NCBI RefSeq assembly: GCF_009914755.1
Contig: NC_060937.1
Source: the human T2T-CHM13v2.0 reference genome, Homo sapiens
DNA length: 64,000 nt
Strand: one strand, 5' to 3'
Below are positions 30,263 through 44,380 of the stretch, piece by piece (the stretch's first letter is position 1; each line of letters starts with the position of its first letter). A model generated the notes under the pieces. That model ran no database searches and was not told the origin of the DNA. It saw only the letters and a list, made by a program, of their open reading frames with translations. Position numbers and translations under genes: made by a program.

Positions 30263-31690
30263 TCTTAAAACAGTCCTGGAAGGCAATTTGTTAAAAACAA
30301 AATAAAACTTCTGGAGCCATCTTTGGCACAAAGTAGGAAGGCAGTAACTATTTCTTGAATACATGAATAAATCTGTCTATTTGCTTGGTGTCTGTCTTCC
30401 TTCTCTCCCTGGAATATAAGCTCCCTCATAGCAGGAACCTTGTTTTGCCTTCTGCTGTATCCCAAGCACCTAGAATGCAGGCTGGAACATGGGAGGCACT
30501 GAATGAGTATGTCTTCTCTAAAAGATAGAAAATCTGAGACTTAACAAGATTCAGTATCTTTTGCAAAATCACACAATAGCTGGGAAGATCTGGGACTGGA
30601 CCCAAGTTAACCCATGCTGTTTTTCCCTTTACATAATGTCTGTCTCACCTTTTCTTTCTCCTCCCACAATCATTCTCTAGTTATCTCAGACCTGTTTATA
30701 TTCCAGATATTCTTTTCTGTCAATAAATCACCAATAAGTTTCTGTTTAAGGACTTAGCACAAAAGCATGCATTGGTGAATGAATATTTCACACGTACCTA
30801 TTAAAGTAGGGAATGATGGGGAAGTTTTATTCTTCTGTTTGTGCCGGAAAAGTACTAGAGGAATACACGGCATTAAGGATTGCTTGTCCCTTGCAGCTGC
30901 AGTGGGCCTTCTGCTATGAAGACAGTGCAGTCAAACTCACTGATGCATTACAGCTCATTCTCAGGATCACCTGAGGTCACATGGTCACCTGATAAGTGTA
31001 GGCAAGCTGTAATCTCATAGTATAATGATCATAGTGAAGAGAATAGCTTGTAGTGTACTTGGCTGGTTTGGGAAGAAGTCAGAAAGAAAGCAATGGGATG
31101 TTAGGAATTGCAGGATTAGGACTGAAAATTATTGTGCTGGTCTGAAGAATCCACATGACTCAGAATTTCACAAAGCATGGGCATTGATGGTTTTTGTTAG
31201 TACTAGATTCCAGCTACTTTCACTTTTCTAGTTTTTTTTAACATTCTTTCTGTGTTAATTTCTTCTCTGTTTTTCCTATTAGCTGAATGAAATTTAAAGT
31301 TTTCTAACATTGACAGTGTTTTAGGGAACTATGCACTATCATAGTGCATGATAGTGTGTAAAGGCAACACAAGGTTCCTGCCATCAGGGAGCTTATATTC
31401 CAGGGAGAGAGAGAGGAGACAGACACCAAGCAAATAAATAAATTTATGGAATCGATTGATGTAGGCTTTTTGGAGCACAATTTGTAAATATATATTAAAT
31501 TCTGAAAGATTCACAATGGTTCAACTCAACCATTCCATTTCTAGATATTTATTCTAGAGAAATACTTGTGCATTTGAACAGAGGCATGTACATGGATGTT
31601 CATGTCAGTATCATTAACACTTGGTTACATGAACTATGATTCATTGATACTGTGAAATACTGTATATTTAGAAATAAGGTAGAATTACTA

Positions 31691-31746
<56 letters not shown>
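31691..31746 (+). repeat. (TATC)14 tetranucleotide microsatellite
   Basis: Direct reading. Confidence 0.95.
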
Positions 31747-31899
31747 ATCTATATCCAAGATTACAAACACATGACTTGAAAAAATCTTCAAAACGTATTA
31801 CTTAGTAGGAACAAAAAAGCTTGCTGTACTATTTTTATGCCATTATCTTTTTTACTTAAAAAACATTCTAAGAGATATATTCCATAGGTACATATGTAA

Positions 31900-32395
31900 T
31901 GTGTTAATCAGGTTGTAGCAGCTAAGCTGTAATAAGAGACCCAACAATCATATGGCTTTTAACCATATGGCCTAAACCAGTGAGCAAAAAGCTTACTCTT
32001 GTCTCATCACAGGATGTTGGGGGTGTTCTTCCATCATTCAAGGCCCATATTCCTTCCATATTGTGGTAGTTCTGCCATTTTTCAGGCTCTAGGGCCTTAG
32101 AATTGCATAGTCAAGGCTGGGTCACTGATACAGCCAGGTCCCAACCAGCCGTAAAGGAAAGGAGAAAATGCGGGAGAGGACTATTCACTACCTTAAGGGT
32201 CCCACCTTAGGGACTGTACACATCACTTCCACTCACAACCTACTGGTGAAAACTTTGTCCAACAGCCATCTCTTACAGCAAGGAGGGTTGGAAATGCAGG
32301 CCCTGGCAAGATGACCATGTACCCAACCATAGCTCAATGACAGTGAAAGTAACAGAGAATAAGTTTTGGTGGACAGCTAACTATCTTCTTCACCA
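31900..32395. mobile_element. Old MLT1 (J/K-type) LTR
   Basis: CTAAGCTGTAATAAGAGACCC..., ACATCACTTCCACTCACA..CTACTGG..AAAACT..., GCAAGGAGGGTTGGAAATG. Confidence 0.55.
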
Positions 32396-32402
32396 TATAG
32401 GG

Positions 32403-32635
32403 CAGCAGCATCCCCAACGTTTTTGGCATCAGAGACCGATTTCATAGAAGGTCGGTGGGGGATAGTTTGGGGATGAAATTGTTCCACCTCAGATCATCAG
32501 GCATTAGAGTCTCATAAGGATTATGTAACCTAGACTCCCCACATGCGCAGTTCACAATAGGGTTCCCACTCCTGTGAGAATCTAATGGCTCTGCTGATCT
32601 GACAGGAGGCGGAGCTCAGGCGGTAATGCTTGTCA
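32403..32635. mobile_element. MER1B-like hAT-Charlie element
   Basis: CCCCAAC.TTTTTGGCA.CAG.GACC...GATGAAA.TGTTCCACCTCAGATCATCAGGCATTAGA.TCTCATAAGG...GATCTGACAGGAGGCGGAGCTCAGGCGGTAATG. Confidence 0.85.
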
Positions 32636-35600
32636 ACCTTCTGTCTAACTCAGAGTCCGTAATACCTCCATGAAGCCCACTTAACCTCCGAACTGACCTC
32701 TCTTGCAACATTGCCTTTCTCTTCATCTTCTTTTTCACCTTCAACATCTTTACTCCACTATACTCTCTTCCATGCTAACCACCATTGATCTGCTTCAAAA
32801 ATTTGGGTGCTCAATCCCTACTGGATTATAAATTTGTAAAGAAGTCAACAAAATTATAATCTGGTAGGAATTATACCTGTAACTGGCCTTTTACCCTTGC
32901 ACTCGGATTTTTTTCACTCACTCCTTTACTCACACAAATATATTGGGCATCTATAACTATGATAGATAGATACAGTAGGAAGTTGGAGTGATGAGACGGA
33001 ATTGTCATTGACACCAGCTGTCCCCTTTGGAAACATCTGTTGAATTAGCCAAACAAGACATCTGTGTCAGAACAGATGAATAACAAGGGCAGTTGATGTG
33101 CCTGAGTTAGTGGTAAAGCTATTAAGCTAAGTAGGACTTCAGAATGGGAGATGATAACTGGAGATTCCTTAATGAGATGAGACTGGAATTGTACCTCCAG
33201 GCATATGTGATATTTGTCTAGACATAAAGACATTAACATGTATGGTGGGAATGGAGTGAACACTTATTGACTGCCTGCTACAGGCTGTGCACTGTGCCAG
33301 GCATTTTGCCTGCGTTACTCCATTTATCCCTACAACACATTATTAAAATAGGTACCCTGATATTACAGAGAGAGAAAATGAAGCAGAGAGCTTATATTAA
33401 TGCCTCAGGATCCCCAGACTGGGAAGCAGAAGAGGTGGGATGTATGTTCAGAACTATTTTCTAGATAGATCTAGATCTGCCTGGTTTCTAATGACCTCAC
33501 CGTGTCTTGGAGCATTTCAGGCAGGAGGAGAAGCAGGAGCAATGTGATGGAAGGGAGCTAAGTGTGGTCCATCAAGGGACAAGGAGGAAGGGAGGACAGC
33601 GGGTTGGTGGCAGGATGTCATTCCATATGCTTTTAGGTTGAGGTCACCCTGGTGTCTGAGGTGCTGTGGTCCAAGAGAATTGAGTTACTTGCAGGAAGTG
33701 CTGTATCATGCTTCACTTGGCATTGAGTTCTCCGCCAGCCCCGGGGGAAAGAAACCCCACAAGTCAGTCCAGCTCCACTGGCCCAATTTAACAAACCAGT
33801 TTAGATGCGGGGTTTAGTTAACAGAAAACACCACCAGCCTATATTAGTTCGTCAACAGCAAATGCTGACCAAGAGTCCTACAACCTTCCTGTTTCGTGAG
33901 CATCAGTTGCTCTGGGTGACTTATGGTCACTAGGACATAGGGCAGACATGTCTTCCTGGTCCTTGACCTACATAGTCTCAGAGCAGTAAGCTCTACTCCT
34001 CTCAGATTTCTTCCGGTTGGATACTTGCTCAGCTCTTCATGAGGTGACCATATTCCAGTGTTTTCTCAGAGATCATGTTCTTTAAAAGTCCTTGAGATTT
34101 CTGCAGCAATTCCTCAGCACATCCTTGGAGGTGTGTTTCTCCCTGGTCCTGCAACTATCTCCCCTTGCTTCTGCCCCGTGAAGGCCCTCTCCTCTGGAAA
34201 GCTGAAACAAAACTATCTTCCTAAGCTATTTCCCCTTCTTTTACTCTCTGACCCAAGCCATAAACAATTCTCAAATGCTTTCTAAAGACCTTTTCTCTAG
34301 AAGTGGCTCATTATTTTGATCAGTCAGATGAGAGGAAGAGAATCCCTTTCAATTAGAAAGGCATAGTGGGTAATGCTTTTTACAGAGCGTTACCTCTGTA
34401 TTATGGGGGACCTGAATGTTGAAAGTAGTTTGTCCTTTTTTCTAAAGGTATTTTAGCTGTGGGGTGTGGTTGGGAGGGGAAAGCCTTGGAGCTCTCTGAG
34501 TAGGAAAATGATAGGAGAGAATGGACGTAATCTGGTAATCTAGAGTGGTAATATGTGCCCAGCACAATGCCAATTTCTTTAAAAGTGTTCTTTCCCTTAA
34601 TCCTCACAACTAACCCTATGATATTGGGCCCATTTTGTGGATGTGACAGATGAACCTTAGAGAATTTTATTTTTCCTATGACTGGTATGTGGCAGAGTTG
34701 AGTTTGATCCTGATAATTTCAATCCAAACACAATGGGTGTAAATACGTTACTAGTGAGGACAGAGAAACTTCTAGGAGGCTGTAGTGGAGTCTGTACTTC
34801 AGCTGGGGCCCAGACTCTGTTGGCTCTGTGAATAGAATAGAAAGGAAGGGTGAGGCTGTTGACAGGAAAGGCTGGCAGGCAGAGAGTGAAAAGGACAGTG
34901 AAGAAGGGAGGGAGGGGCACTGACTGAGTGCCCTGCAGCCAAGCGTGTTCCAGCGGCTGTGCCACCAATCCCTACAATCATGTCATGAAAAAGTTCTTAT
35001 TTTCTCCATTTTGTGGTTGAGGAGATAGGTTCAGAGATGTGAAATGACTCTACAGTGCCCAAGTGGCAGAGCAGGGATTCGAACTGGGCCCTATGTGATT
35101 TCCAATTCGGAGCATTTTGTACCTCTCTGCACTCTTCATATGTGGCTTCAAGCTTCAACCTTGGGCATGAGGAGGAATCACGAAACCTTTCCCAGAAACA
35201 GGGAAATCGTGTCCCAGTGAAGGACATGTGGGCAGGCTTTGGGATCATGAGTTCCTCGGGGAGGTGGCAAAAGTCTTTTGGGGTAGAAATTTCTTAAGTA
35301 TCTGGGGACAGGAGCTGGCAATGCAGATTTGGATGGCAGAAGTCACAAGGCAAATACCAGCCCCCAAGGAAATTCAGGTGGAGTCAGGAGGGTCCTCAGG
35401 GCTGGGCAATGGGTGGGGGTGCCCATAAGCAGAAGCGAGGATTAACCACAGGACCAGCAAAATCATGGAGAAGGGACCATTAGCACCATAGAAGTAAATA
35501 AGAAGGTGCCAGGGTCAGAGACAATCAAAATGGAGAAGGCATAGAGGTCGGAATCCAGGCCCACCCCAGCCAGCTAGCTGCCGGCTCTCTCAACCATGCA

Positions 35601-37539
35601 GGCTGCACCAGTGATATTTTGGATCGTTTCAAATTTATTAAGAATATATTACATTCCATTAAATGCTGCAGCCATGAAGGACACTGAAGTGTTTCCTCTC
35701 TCAGGCCTTCCTGCTCCGGTGGCAGAATGCCCCATTTTCTCAGGGGCTCCGTCTGACGGGTTATTGTTTTCCAATAAAGTATTTGCTGAATATATGCCTC
35801 ACATAAACAAATAGAAAAATAATAATAATGTAGACTATCTCTGAACCTTAGAAGAAAGTGTAGGCTTTCATTTAATGAGCTTTGGAGACAACATAGCAAT
35901 TTTTGATGTCCTGTCAAGTTTGTTAAATTGAAATTCTACCAGGATTTTACATTGAGCCAGAACCAGCATGTCCCAGGGTATAAATTAGGCATAATTGGAT
36001 ATACACCGACTCTTTTGGTCACTGGATATAATTTAAGGCTATAACTGAATAAGTGACACTGTTGTGGCCTGACAAGCCCTCTCCCAAAACTTCTAGCCCA
36101 CTTTCAGGAAGTAACTGGGGAGGCAGAGTCCATCGTATGACTTGATACCAGTGTTTTCCAAACCTAATCCCACACCTGAAGAAAGGCTCCAACCCATGGC
36201 TATTGGTTTATATTTTCAATAGAGGGGACAGGAATTTGCATTTTAAAATCTCTGATTAATTCAGTTGGAAAGCTGTATTAGAAAACACTGTTTTATGTTA
36301 TTCAAGGAGAAAAGTCTTTGTCACATATTGTATTTACCTAAAGTTTGTAGGGATTGACTTGGTGAGGCTTAGCAGGGAAAGTGTTTATTTGATTATTGCC
36401 TACACTGACTATTCATATGAGTTTAATTTTATATCAAAAATATTTACTTACCTTCTTACATATGGGGTCAAATGTAAAAACTCATTTATTTGCTTTTTTA
36501 TTTTTAATTTAATGATAATTGCTATTATCCTTTGGCATGCTATCCAGAATATCTCATGTACTCTAACTCTGAACAAGAATGCAATGATCTGACAAGTGAA
36601 GGATTTCATAGTGGATCATAGTATAAGATCTTTAAAGACTTGGTTTTGGATCCCAGATCTGTCATTTATAAGCCAGATGATCTTATGCAAGTCATTTGCA
36701 AAGTGGCAATAATAATAGTAATATCTAGTCTGCTTAGCTCATAGAATTGTTATAAAAATCAAGTGATGTGATGAAATGACAGAGCTTTGCAAACTATTAA
36801 ATGCATTATTACATATATATTATTACATATATAAATGCATTGTTACAAATACATTATTACATAAACAAAATGCATTATTGCATAGAATTAAAATAATAAG
36901 TTCTATAGTGTTACTTCCACAACAGTCCCTGAGGGGAGAAAGTTGGAGGGATACCAGCTCTGCCTAATTTAGAGAAGCTCTGTTTAACCTTTATACCTTA
37001 AGATCTGATTTTTATATTGACCTTCTACATGAGGCTTCATTGGAAATCTGCTGCTTAAAAAAAATAAAGGTTGAAAATCAGTCTTCTGTGTTCTGTTGGG
37101 CTTTCTGCCCATATTCTTCCTTCTTTTAATTACCAGCCCACCCTGGATCAAGTAAGTGCTAATTACCACCTTCACAGATATTGTAAAAAGGTAAAATTCC
37201 AGTTAGCATCTTGACTTGACTTCTTATCAGGAGTTCTGGTTAAATTCTTAGGTTTAGTTGAAAAACAATGGCTAACATATATTTTTAGATGAATTACTCT
37301 TATTTTCAAATTTTCTTTCTACTACCCCTATGCATAATTAAGAAATTGCTATAACAGGAGAATTTCTATTTACAATCTACTACTTGGAAATAATAGTGAA
37401 ATCTAAGAGGTACACATGTATCAGATGATATGAGCAAATCAGAAAACATATCTATCCCCAATACTCAGCCAATATTAGATTGATGTAATTTTAGATTAAC
37501 TGTTTAAAAGCCTAAATCATGACTTCAAAATCCCAAATC

Positions 37540-37855
37540 AGCTGGGTATGGTGATTCATGCTGGTAATCACAGCACTTTGGGAGGCTAAGGCAGGCTGAT
37601 CACTTGAGCCCAGGAGTTTGAGACCAGCCTGGGCAACATGGTGAAACTCCACCTGTACAAAAAATACAAAAAAATTAGCTGGATGTGGTGGCACGCACTT
37701 GTAGTTCCAGTGACTCGGGAAGCTGAGGTAGGAGGATCCATTACTTGAGCTTGGGAGGTTGAGGCTGCAGTAAGCCGTGCGCACACCACTGCACTCCAGC
37801 CTGGGCAACAGAGGGAGACCCCGTCTCAAAACAAACAAACAAACAAACAAACCAA
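37540..37855 (+). mobile_element. AluJ with (AAAC)n tail
   Basis: Diverged full Alu; TSD-like AAAATCCCA. Confidence 0.9.
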
Positions 37856-40800
37856 AAATCCCAGGATTTTTATATTTTTTGTCAGAGTCTCATGATGAGT
37901 TTCTTCATGAAAAGTTCAAGATATTTGACAGAGAGCTACCCAAGCAATAATTATTTCTAAGAGGAGCGGAACAGGGAGGAAGGGGAAGAGAAGGGATAAA
38001 AAAGGGAACAGAACAAATGTGTTAATTCCAACAGATTCCGGTGGGCCTTTCTCTGCCCTGAGCCCGGAGGTGTCCTGGCATTTTTTGTGCCCTCACTGAG
38101 CAGCTTCCACTGCTAGTCTGCACATGTTCCCTTTCTCTCTTCACACAGGGGAAAGGTGGAGAAATGAAAACATTTTCTATGACATTAAAAATCACTTCCT
38201 CTCCTCTTTCCCCAGTGTCCCTAACCAGAAGAACCTAACTTAATAGGAGATTTCAGATGACAGAATTGTCCAGTCTTCCTCACCACCACCTCTTAACCCT
38301 TGCTCACTGCAGGGCAACCTGGTTGTTGCTCTCAATACTCCACCAACTGCCCTGGATGAAACCACCATTAACTGTTTAATTGCCACATTCATTGATCATT
38401 TTTGCAGCCCTTCATTTTATTTGACCTCTCAGCAGTATTTGACACGGTTGAGCACTCTCACTTTTTCTCACTTTCTTCAAACCTTCCCATCTTCTTTCCT
38501 CTTCTTCAAGGCACATATTTCTAGAGCCTTCCATTACCCTCTGAGAGCAAACTCATGGTGGTCACTCCTTGCCAGGACTGTGACATAAATGACACCTCTT
38601 ACATTATATTGCAATGATTTGTAGACATGATGGAGAGGCTGGGACTGGACCACCAGTGTGACTGCCTGGGACATAAATGGGAAACTTACCCCTTGGTGGT
38701 CCTCATTTCACTTTCTCCATCTAAGCAAGGAACAAAGAAGCAAATACTTCCAGAAAAACTTGAAGGGCTTCCCAGCACCAGAAAGAGATGAGGAGAATAG
38801 GTGTCCTACTTATGAGCTCATTTTTCATGTGGAGGAAACCTGCATGGGAAGTAGACAGCCTTTGGACATTGGTCTCCTGGGGCTCAGTAGAGTCTGGTGT
38901 TGTTGCCAGGCAACAAGAACAAGGCTCAAGGACTATAAGTTCTTGTCTAGTTGGGAAGAAAATTTGGATGGATTCTCAAAAGGATTTCAGGAATGTGTGG
39001 AGGCTCTGCCTTGGTTGGATCACTCAGTGTTCATGAAGTCTCCTGCATGCCCAGCCCTGTAGACTTTTGATTTTTATCAATATAGCATCTTATTCCTTAT
39101 TGTTCAAGGCATGTTCCTGTTATCTCCCTGGTTAAATTGAAAACTTTTCTGAAGGAGAGAAAGAAAGTCTAAATCTCGTGGGTTCCATCTCCCAGCATCC
39201 AACATAAATAAAAACGTCTTCAATAAAACCATGTTGATTGATTGGTTGATGATTGATTATTTGACCTGCCATCCTAGTTGGTTGTCAGAAATCCTCTCCT
39301 TATTTTTCTTGGTGGACACAAGTTTAGTGATACTTGTAGAGGCCAACTTTGCCTTTCAACTTTGAACTTCCATTGATTTTTCCACTGTGTGTGCCAAAGC
39401 CTTAAATTGGTTCCAGTTGCTTAAAAGAGATGTATATTTTTCTTCTACACATTTTATGGAAAAAAAAAAACCTGGAGCGTATTTTCCCTAGACTCCACCA
39501 AAACCAGATAGTTTTTCCAGAAATGTATGAATGAACAACAAAGTGGTTACTTTGGAAGCCGACATACCGTTATATTGGATTTCAGAAAAGTCAAGTAATC
39601 CCATATTTCATGTGATTCCAGGTAAAAGAAAAAATATTTAGTCCACAACAGGAAGGGAAAAATAAATTCAAAAGCTCCCTTGTGCAGATTTGTGATATAA
39701 ACACTGAAAAATTTAATGTAGCAGCAGTATGACAAATTATATTAGTAAATATGAATTGCTTTTTAGACAAAAGGATATTCATGACATTTTTGCTGTTTAA
39801 AGATAAAATGATCTCTTTCTTCTTCATTGAATCATAAAATCTTGGACCTGGAAAAGACTTTAGAGAATTAAATTATTTTCCACCCAAGTGCCAAGATAGT
39901 GACTCCTCGAGGGCACGGATCGTATTTTCTGCTCCCTCTTCAAAATGTCCACAGTGCTGAGTCAAACGCTGTGCACTCAGTTCCCTTAAATAACAGTCAA
40001 TGATGAGAATGCTGTTCACAGATACAGGGGATAAAAACAAAAATCTTATCCTCACTTTCTGGAATTGTGTTTCTCTTTGATAACAACCCATTTTGAGCCA
40101 TAGAGCTATTATAATAAAAGGGATTACATCTTTGGGATTTTCCTTGTATCACTCATTAAAATGTCATGCAAAGAACCACACTGGTCCTTTTGTTGCTGGA
40201 CGAACACTGGCTGGCTGCCACATGCCTGCAGGCCCCAGTTCACAGAGGCCCCACACATTGACCTGCTCATTCAAAACTGTTGCGAGGGCTTTACCTTTAT
40301 ATCACCACAGTACAGTGACTTACAATGATTCCAGATCAATACTCCTCTCAGAGTTTGTCTAGGAAGTCCTACCAGCTGTCATGTAAGGGTAATTAACACA
40401 TCTCTCTCAATTATGCATGCTGGTGGAAGAATTTCAAACATTTGGCTGGATAACAAATCCATCCCCTCTGTTAGAGAAAGGTCATCCCTCTGGCCATCTG
40501 GGTATTTACTTTTCTTTAGAAATGAGCTTCATGGAATTTTCTGTTGGAAGGGGAAAATGATGAGGACAAAGGGAATTTCCTAGTAAAAATGATGATGGCC
40601 CATTTAACACTGCTCATACCCACACACCAACAATCTTAAATCTTACACCTAATGCTTATTTTATTTATTCCACTATCTACTAACCTACATCATGTGTGGC
40701 CTGCCCACTATTATGACAAGAGCTGCTTTAGAGGCCCCTGAAGTTTTATGATGATCGATCTGTATAACAGAATATTTCTTTTTCCTCTGATTTGTTCACA

Positions 40801-40859
40801 AAAGATACAAGCCGTCACTTTGGGGGAGTTGAGAAAGAAAAGGCACTGAGAGGCATGCA

Positions 40860-41334
40860 AGGATGAGTAAGTTCCTGCTCTTAAGGAAGGTACAGTCTAG
40901 CATCAGGGAACACACAAGTGACTGTGACTATGACAATGGTCATAACCCTTCATTTCTAGCAAGATAAGCAAAAGAAGCCCTGGGAAGGAGGAGACGTTTC
41001 TGAGCGGGACTGAGGAGTCATCATGGAGAAAGGGCATCAGAGATGGGCCTGTGGGGGTGAAGTAAGAGGGCAGTCTGTGCAGAAAGAGCCCATGAGCATA
41101 GGCGCAGAGGCAGAAAAGTGTGGGTGTGTTTGGAATCTGAGAGTAGCATGGTTGGACTGCAGCATAAAAAACCATGGGGTATGTAGGGAGATAAATAACA
41201 ACAACACATAGGAACAGGGCTGTGGGGAGCTTGCATGCCCAAGTGAGGAATTTGGACTTTATTTGGTAAGTGGGGACAATGGAAGACTTTGAGCACGGAA
41301 ATGAAAAATGTCAAAATGACCTTTGCATTCAAGG
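40860..41334 (-). mobile_element. L2 fragment
   Basis: GTTCCTGCTCTTAAGGAAGGTACAGTCTAG...GAGGAATTTGGACTTTAT..GTAAG.GGGGAC.ATGGAAGACTTTGAGCA. Confidence 0.65.
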
Positions 41335-41738
41335 GCAGTTGCATCACATCTCCCCCAAAATTCATACCTTGAAGTTCAAACCACTGTTGTTGACTGTAAC
41401 TTACTTGGAGACAGGCCCTTTACAGGGGTGGTCAATTTAAAATGAGGTCATCAGGGTGTCTTAATCCAATATGACTGGTGTCCTTATTGCAAGTAGAAAT
41501 TTGGACACGGAGATAAGCATAGATGGAAGACAGTGTGAAGAGACAGGAAGAAGATGGCCATCCACAGTCAACAAGAGGGTGCTGGGACGGATCTTTTCCT
41601 CAGGGCCCTCAGAAGGAACCAACCCAGCACACACCTTGATCTTGGACTTCTGCCCCTAGAACTGTGAGGGAATAAGGTTCTGTTGTTTGAGCCACCCAGC
41701 TTGTAGTACTTGGTTATGGCAGCCCAAGCAAACCAACA
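41335..41738 (+). mobile_element. MLT1 (B/C-type) solo LTR
   Basis: CCCCCAAAATTCAT..., TAATCCAATATGACTGGTGTCCTTAT, CAGAAGGAACCAACCC..ACACCTTGATCTTGGACTTC..AGAACTGTGAG..AATAA..., TTATGGCAGCCC.AGCAAAC.AACA. Confidence 0.85.
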
Positions 41739-41844
41739 GCTGGGAATGAAATAATGTGGGCCTCTCAGAGGATGGTAGCAATGGGAAATTCAGGGAAGAA
41801 AGAGAGATGAAAAATATCATAGCGAGAGATGCTTGAGCATGGCT

Positions 41845-42127
41845 CATGCCATGGGGATTTGAAATTTTAAAATTGTACAGTGTTTCAACCCAACAATAAG
41901 AGCTAGCTCTTGTTCATTAGTTGGTTTCATTCAAGTTAACACCAAGAGTAGAAGTTCTTTCCCTTCATTCAAAGAAAAAATAAGATCGAGAATAGCACAG
42001 AGAAGGACTATCTGTAATGGAGTATGGGGCAGGCTATGCAAAAGGCGGAATATTGGTGTTTGAACATTCATTTGAAGAGATTTAACCAAAGTGGAGGCCT
42101 AGGAGGGTGGTAAGGACAGAGGACTGT
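41845..42127 (+). repeat. Left arm of a 283-bp inverted duplication (partner 43861-44143)
   Basis: Manual alignment with the reverse complement of 43861-44143: ungapped, 32 mismatches in 283. Confidence 0.95.
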
Positions 42128-42469
42128 CGGGCAGAGGACTTAGCCCCTGGCAGAAATGTCAAGGTGTAAGGCTCAGCAAATAACCAGCTTCTCATGCTGC
42201 CTTCAGGGTTCTGATTGGGCTTGCAAAGGCCTGGGTTAGGGTTAGTTCCGGCTCTGACTCCAAAGAGTCGTGTGATCCCAGACAAGTCACGTTCTCTCTC
42301 TAGCTTCAGGGTCTGTACCATAAAAAGAGGGGATTGTCCTGGATCATCTTAGAGATTCCAGTGCCAAGAACATTTTCATGATACAATGCTAATTATGTGA
42401 AGTTTTATGTTAGATATAATAAATACATGTTTGTATATATGTCTGTGTGTATGTGAGTGAGATTTGTAG

Positions 42470-42791
<322 letters not shown>

Positions 42792-43860
42792 TATAGCCCT
42801 CCTGTTTCTAAAAGGAATTTGAAAGAACTTTTGAAATTCAGCATCTTTTTTTTTTTTTTTTTTTAAAGAACAACTAAGTAGAAAATCAACCCAAAGGAAA
42901 AGAGAAACATATTACCGGTCACCTGAGATGAACTCTTTATTAGATAGAACTTTAGCTCTGAGTTTCCTGGCAGTTAAGGTAAAAAGAAAAACATGTGCTC
43001 ATTGTCTGATAAAAATCAATGTAATATGATTAGGTCTTGAGAGAAACATGTAGATATGCTGAGTGCTCAGATAAGATTACGTTTGAGAATAGGCAGATTC
43101 AAGACACATTAAAAGCCATGCAAAAATCCATACTCCTTAATCTAATAATTCCAGTTACACTGAGGAAATAAAAAAGAGGGGGAGGAATGACTATGTGTGT
43201 GAAAATGCTTTTCACAAAATTATTTATGAAAGTGCAGAACTGTAAAGAGCCAGAATGGGAGGTAGAGTTAATTGTGGTGCACTCATTCAAGCAAACACAA
43301 TGCCGGCATTGTAAACAGTGAGGTTCTCCAGCAGCACAGAGAAGCAAGGTGCGTGATCGGCTCCATAAGAACAATCAGGAGATAAAATTATTTGTTCACC
43401 AAGGTTCTAACTATATAAAAATATGAAACTGTCAAAAATGAGTCTTCAAACATGGTGGTAATTATGGTAGAGTGATGCTTTTAAGCGTGAATCCCCTCTC
43501 ACCATGTTTCCCAATGTTTAATGATGTTTACAATTAAATTTAAGCAAACAAGCCAGCTCACACACTTAAGCTTTTCATTCTAGCTATGCTTTATGGGATT
43601 ACATTTTTTAATTAAAAGAAAAGAGATTTCATAAATACAAAAATAGCAAACTGAAATTGTATTCCTTAGAAAAATCAATTTCTTGAGATAGCGTTGGATT
43701 TTTAGAGGGGATTTTTTTCTTTTTTTTTTAAAAAAAAACCATGTGTAGATGTGTGGTGCTCATGCAGAAGTCCTCCTTGTTTGCTCTGAGGTCATGGAAG
43801 CTGCCTGAATTAAACATGTGAGGAAATACCGTTAAGGGGCTACAGGTGGGTTAACGTCCA

Positions 43861-44143
43861 ACAGTCCTCTCTCCTTAGCAGCCTCCTAAGCCTCCTCTTC
43901 GGTTAAATCTCTTTAAGTGAATGTCCAAACACCAATATTCCTCCTTTTGTATAACCTGCCCCACATTCCATTACAGATAGTCCTTTTTTGTGTTATTCTT
44001 GATCTTATTTTTTCTTTGAATGAAGGAAAAGAGCTTCTACTCTTGGTGTTAACTTGAATGAAACCAACTGATGACTAAAAACTAGCTCTTAGTGTTGAGT
44101 TCAAACATTGTAAAGTTTTAAAACTTCAAATCCCCATGGCATG
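43861..44143 (-). repeat. Right arm of the 283-bp inverted duplication
   Basis: For example TCTACTCTTGGTGTTAACTTGAATGAAACCAACT is the reverse complement of AGTTGGTTTCATTCAAGTTAACACCAAGAGTAGA at ~41919-41952. Confidence 0.95.
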
Positions 44144-44259
44144 TGAGAACATTCTGGAAACGATCCAGCATAGACAATAACTTGAAAAACAGATTCATAT
44201 AAGAAAAGTATAGCTGCACATGTCAACAGTTGCTCCAGCCTTTGGCAAAGTGCTTCCGA

Positions 44260-44380
44260 GTGCATGAAAATCAATCAATGGAATACATTCTGTTAATGGA
44301 ATAAGGGGACGGAAAACATCATCTCAGTTGTTACATAAAAAGTATTTGATAAAATCCAATATCCTCTCATGATTAAAACA
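44260..44380 (+). mobile_element. Degenerate L1 ORF2 fragment
   Basis: AAATCAATCAATG.AATACAT...ATCATCTCA...AAAAGTATTTGATAAAATCCAATATCC..TCATGATTAAAAC. Confidence 0.65.
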
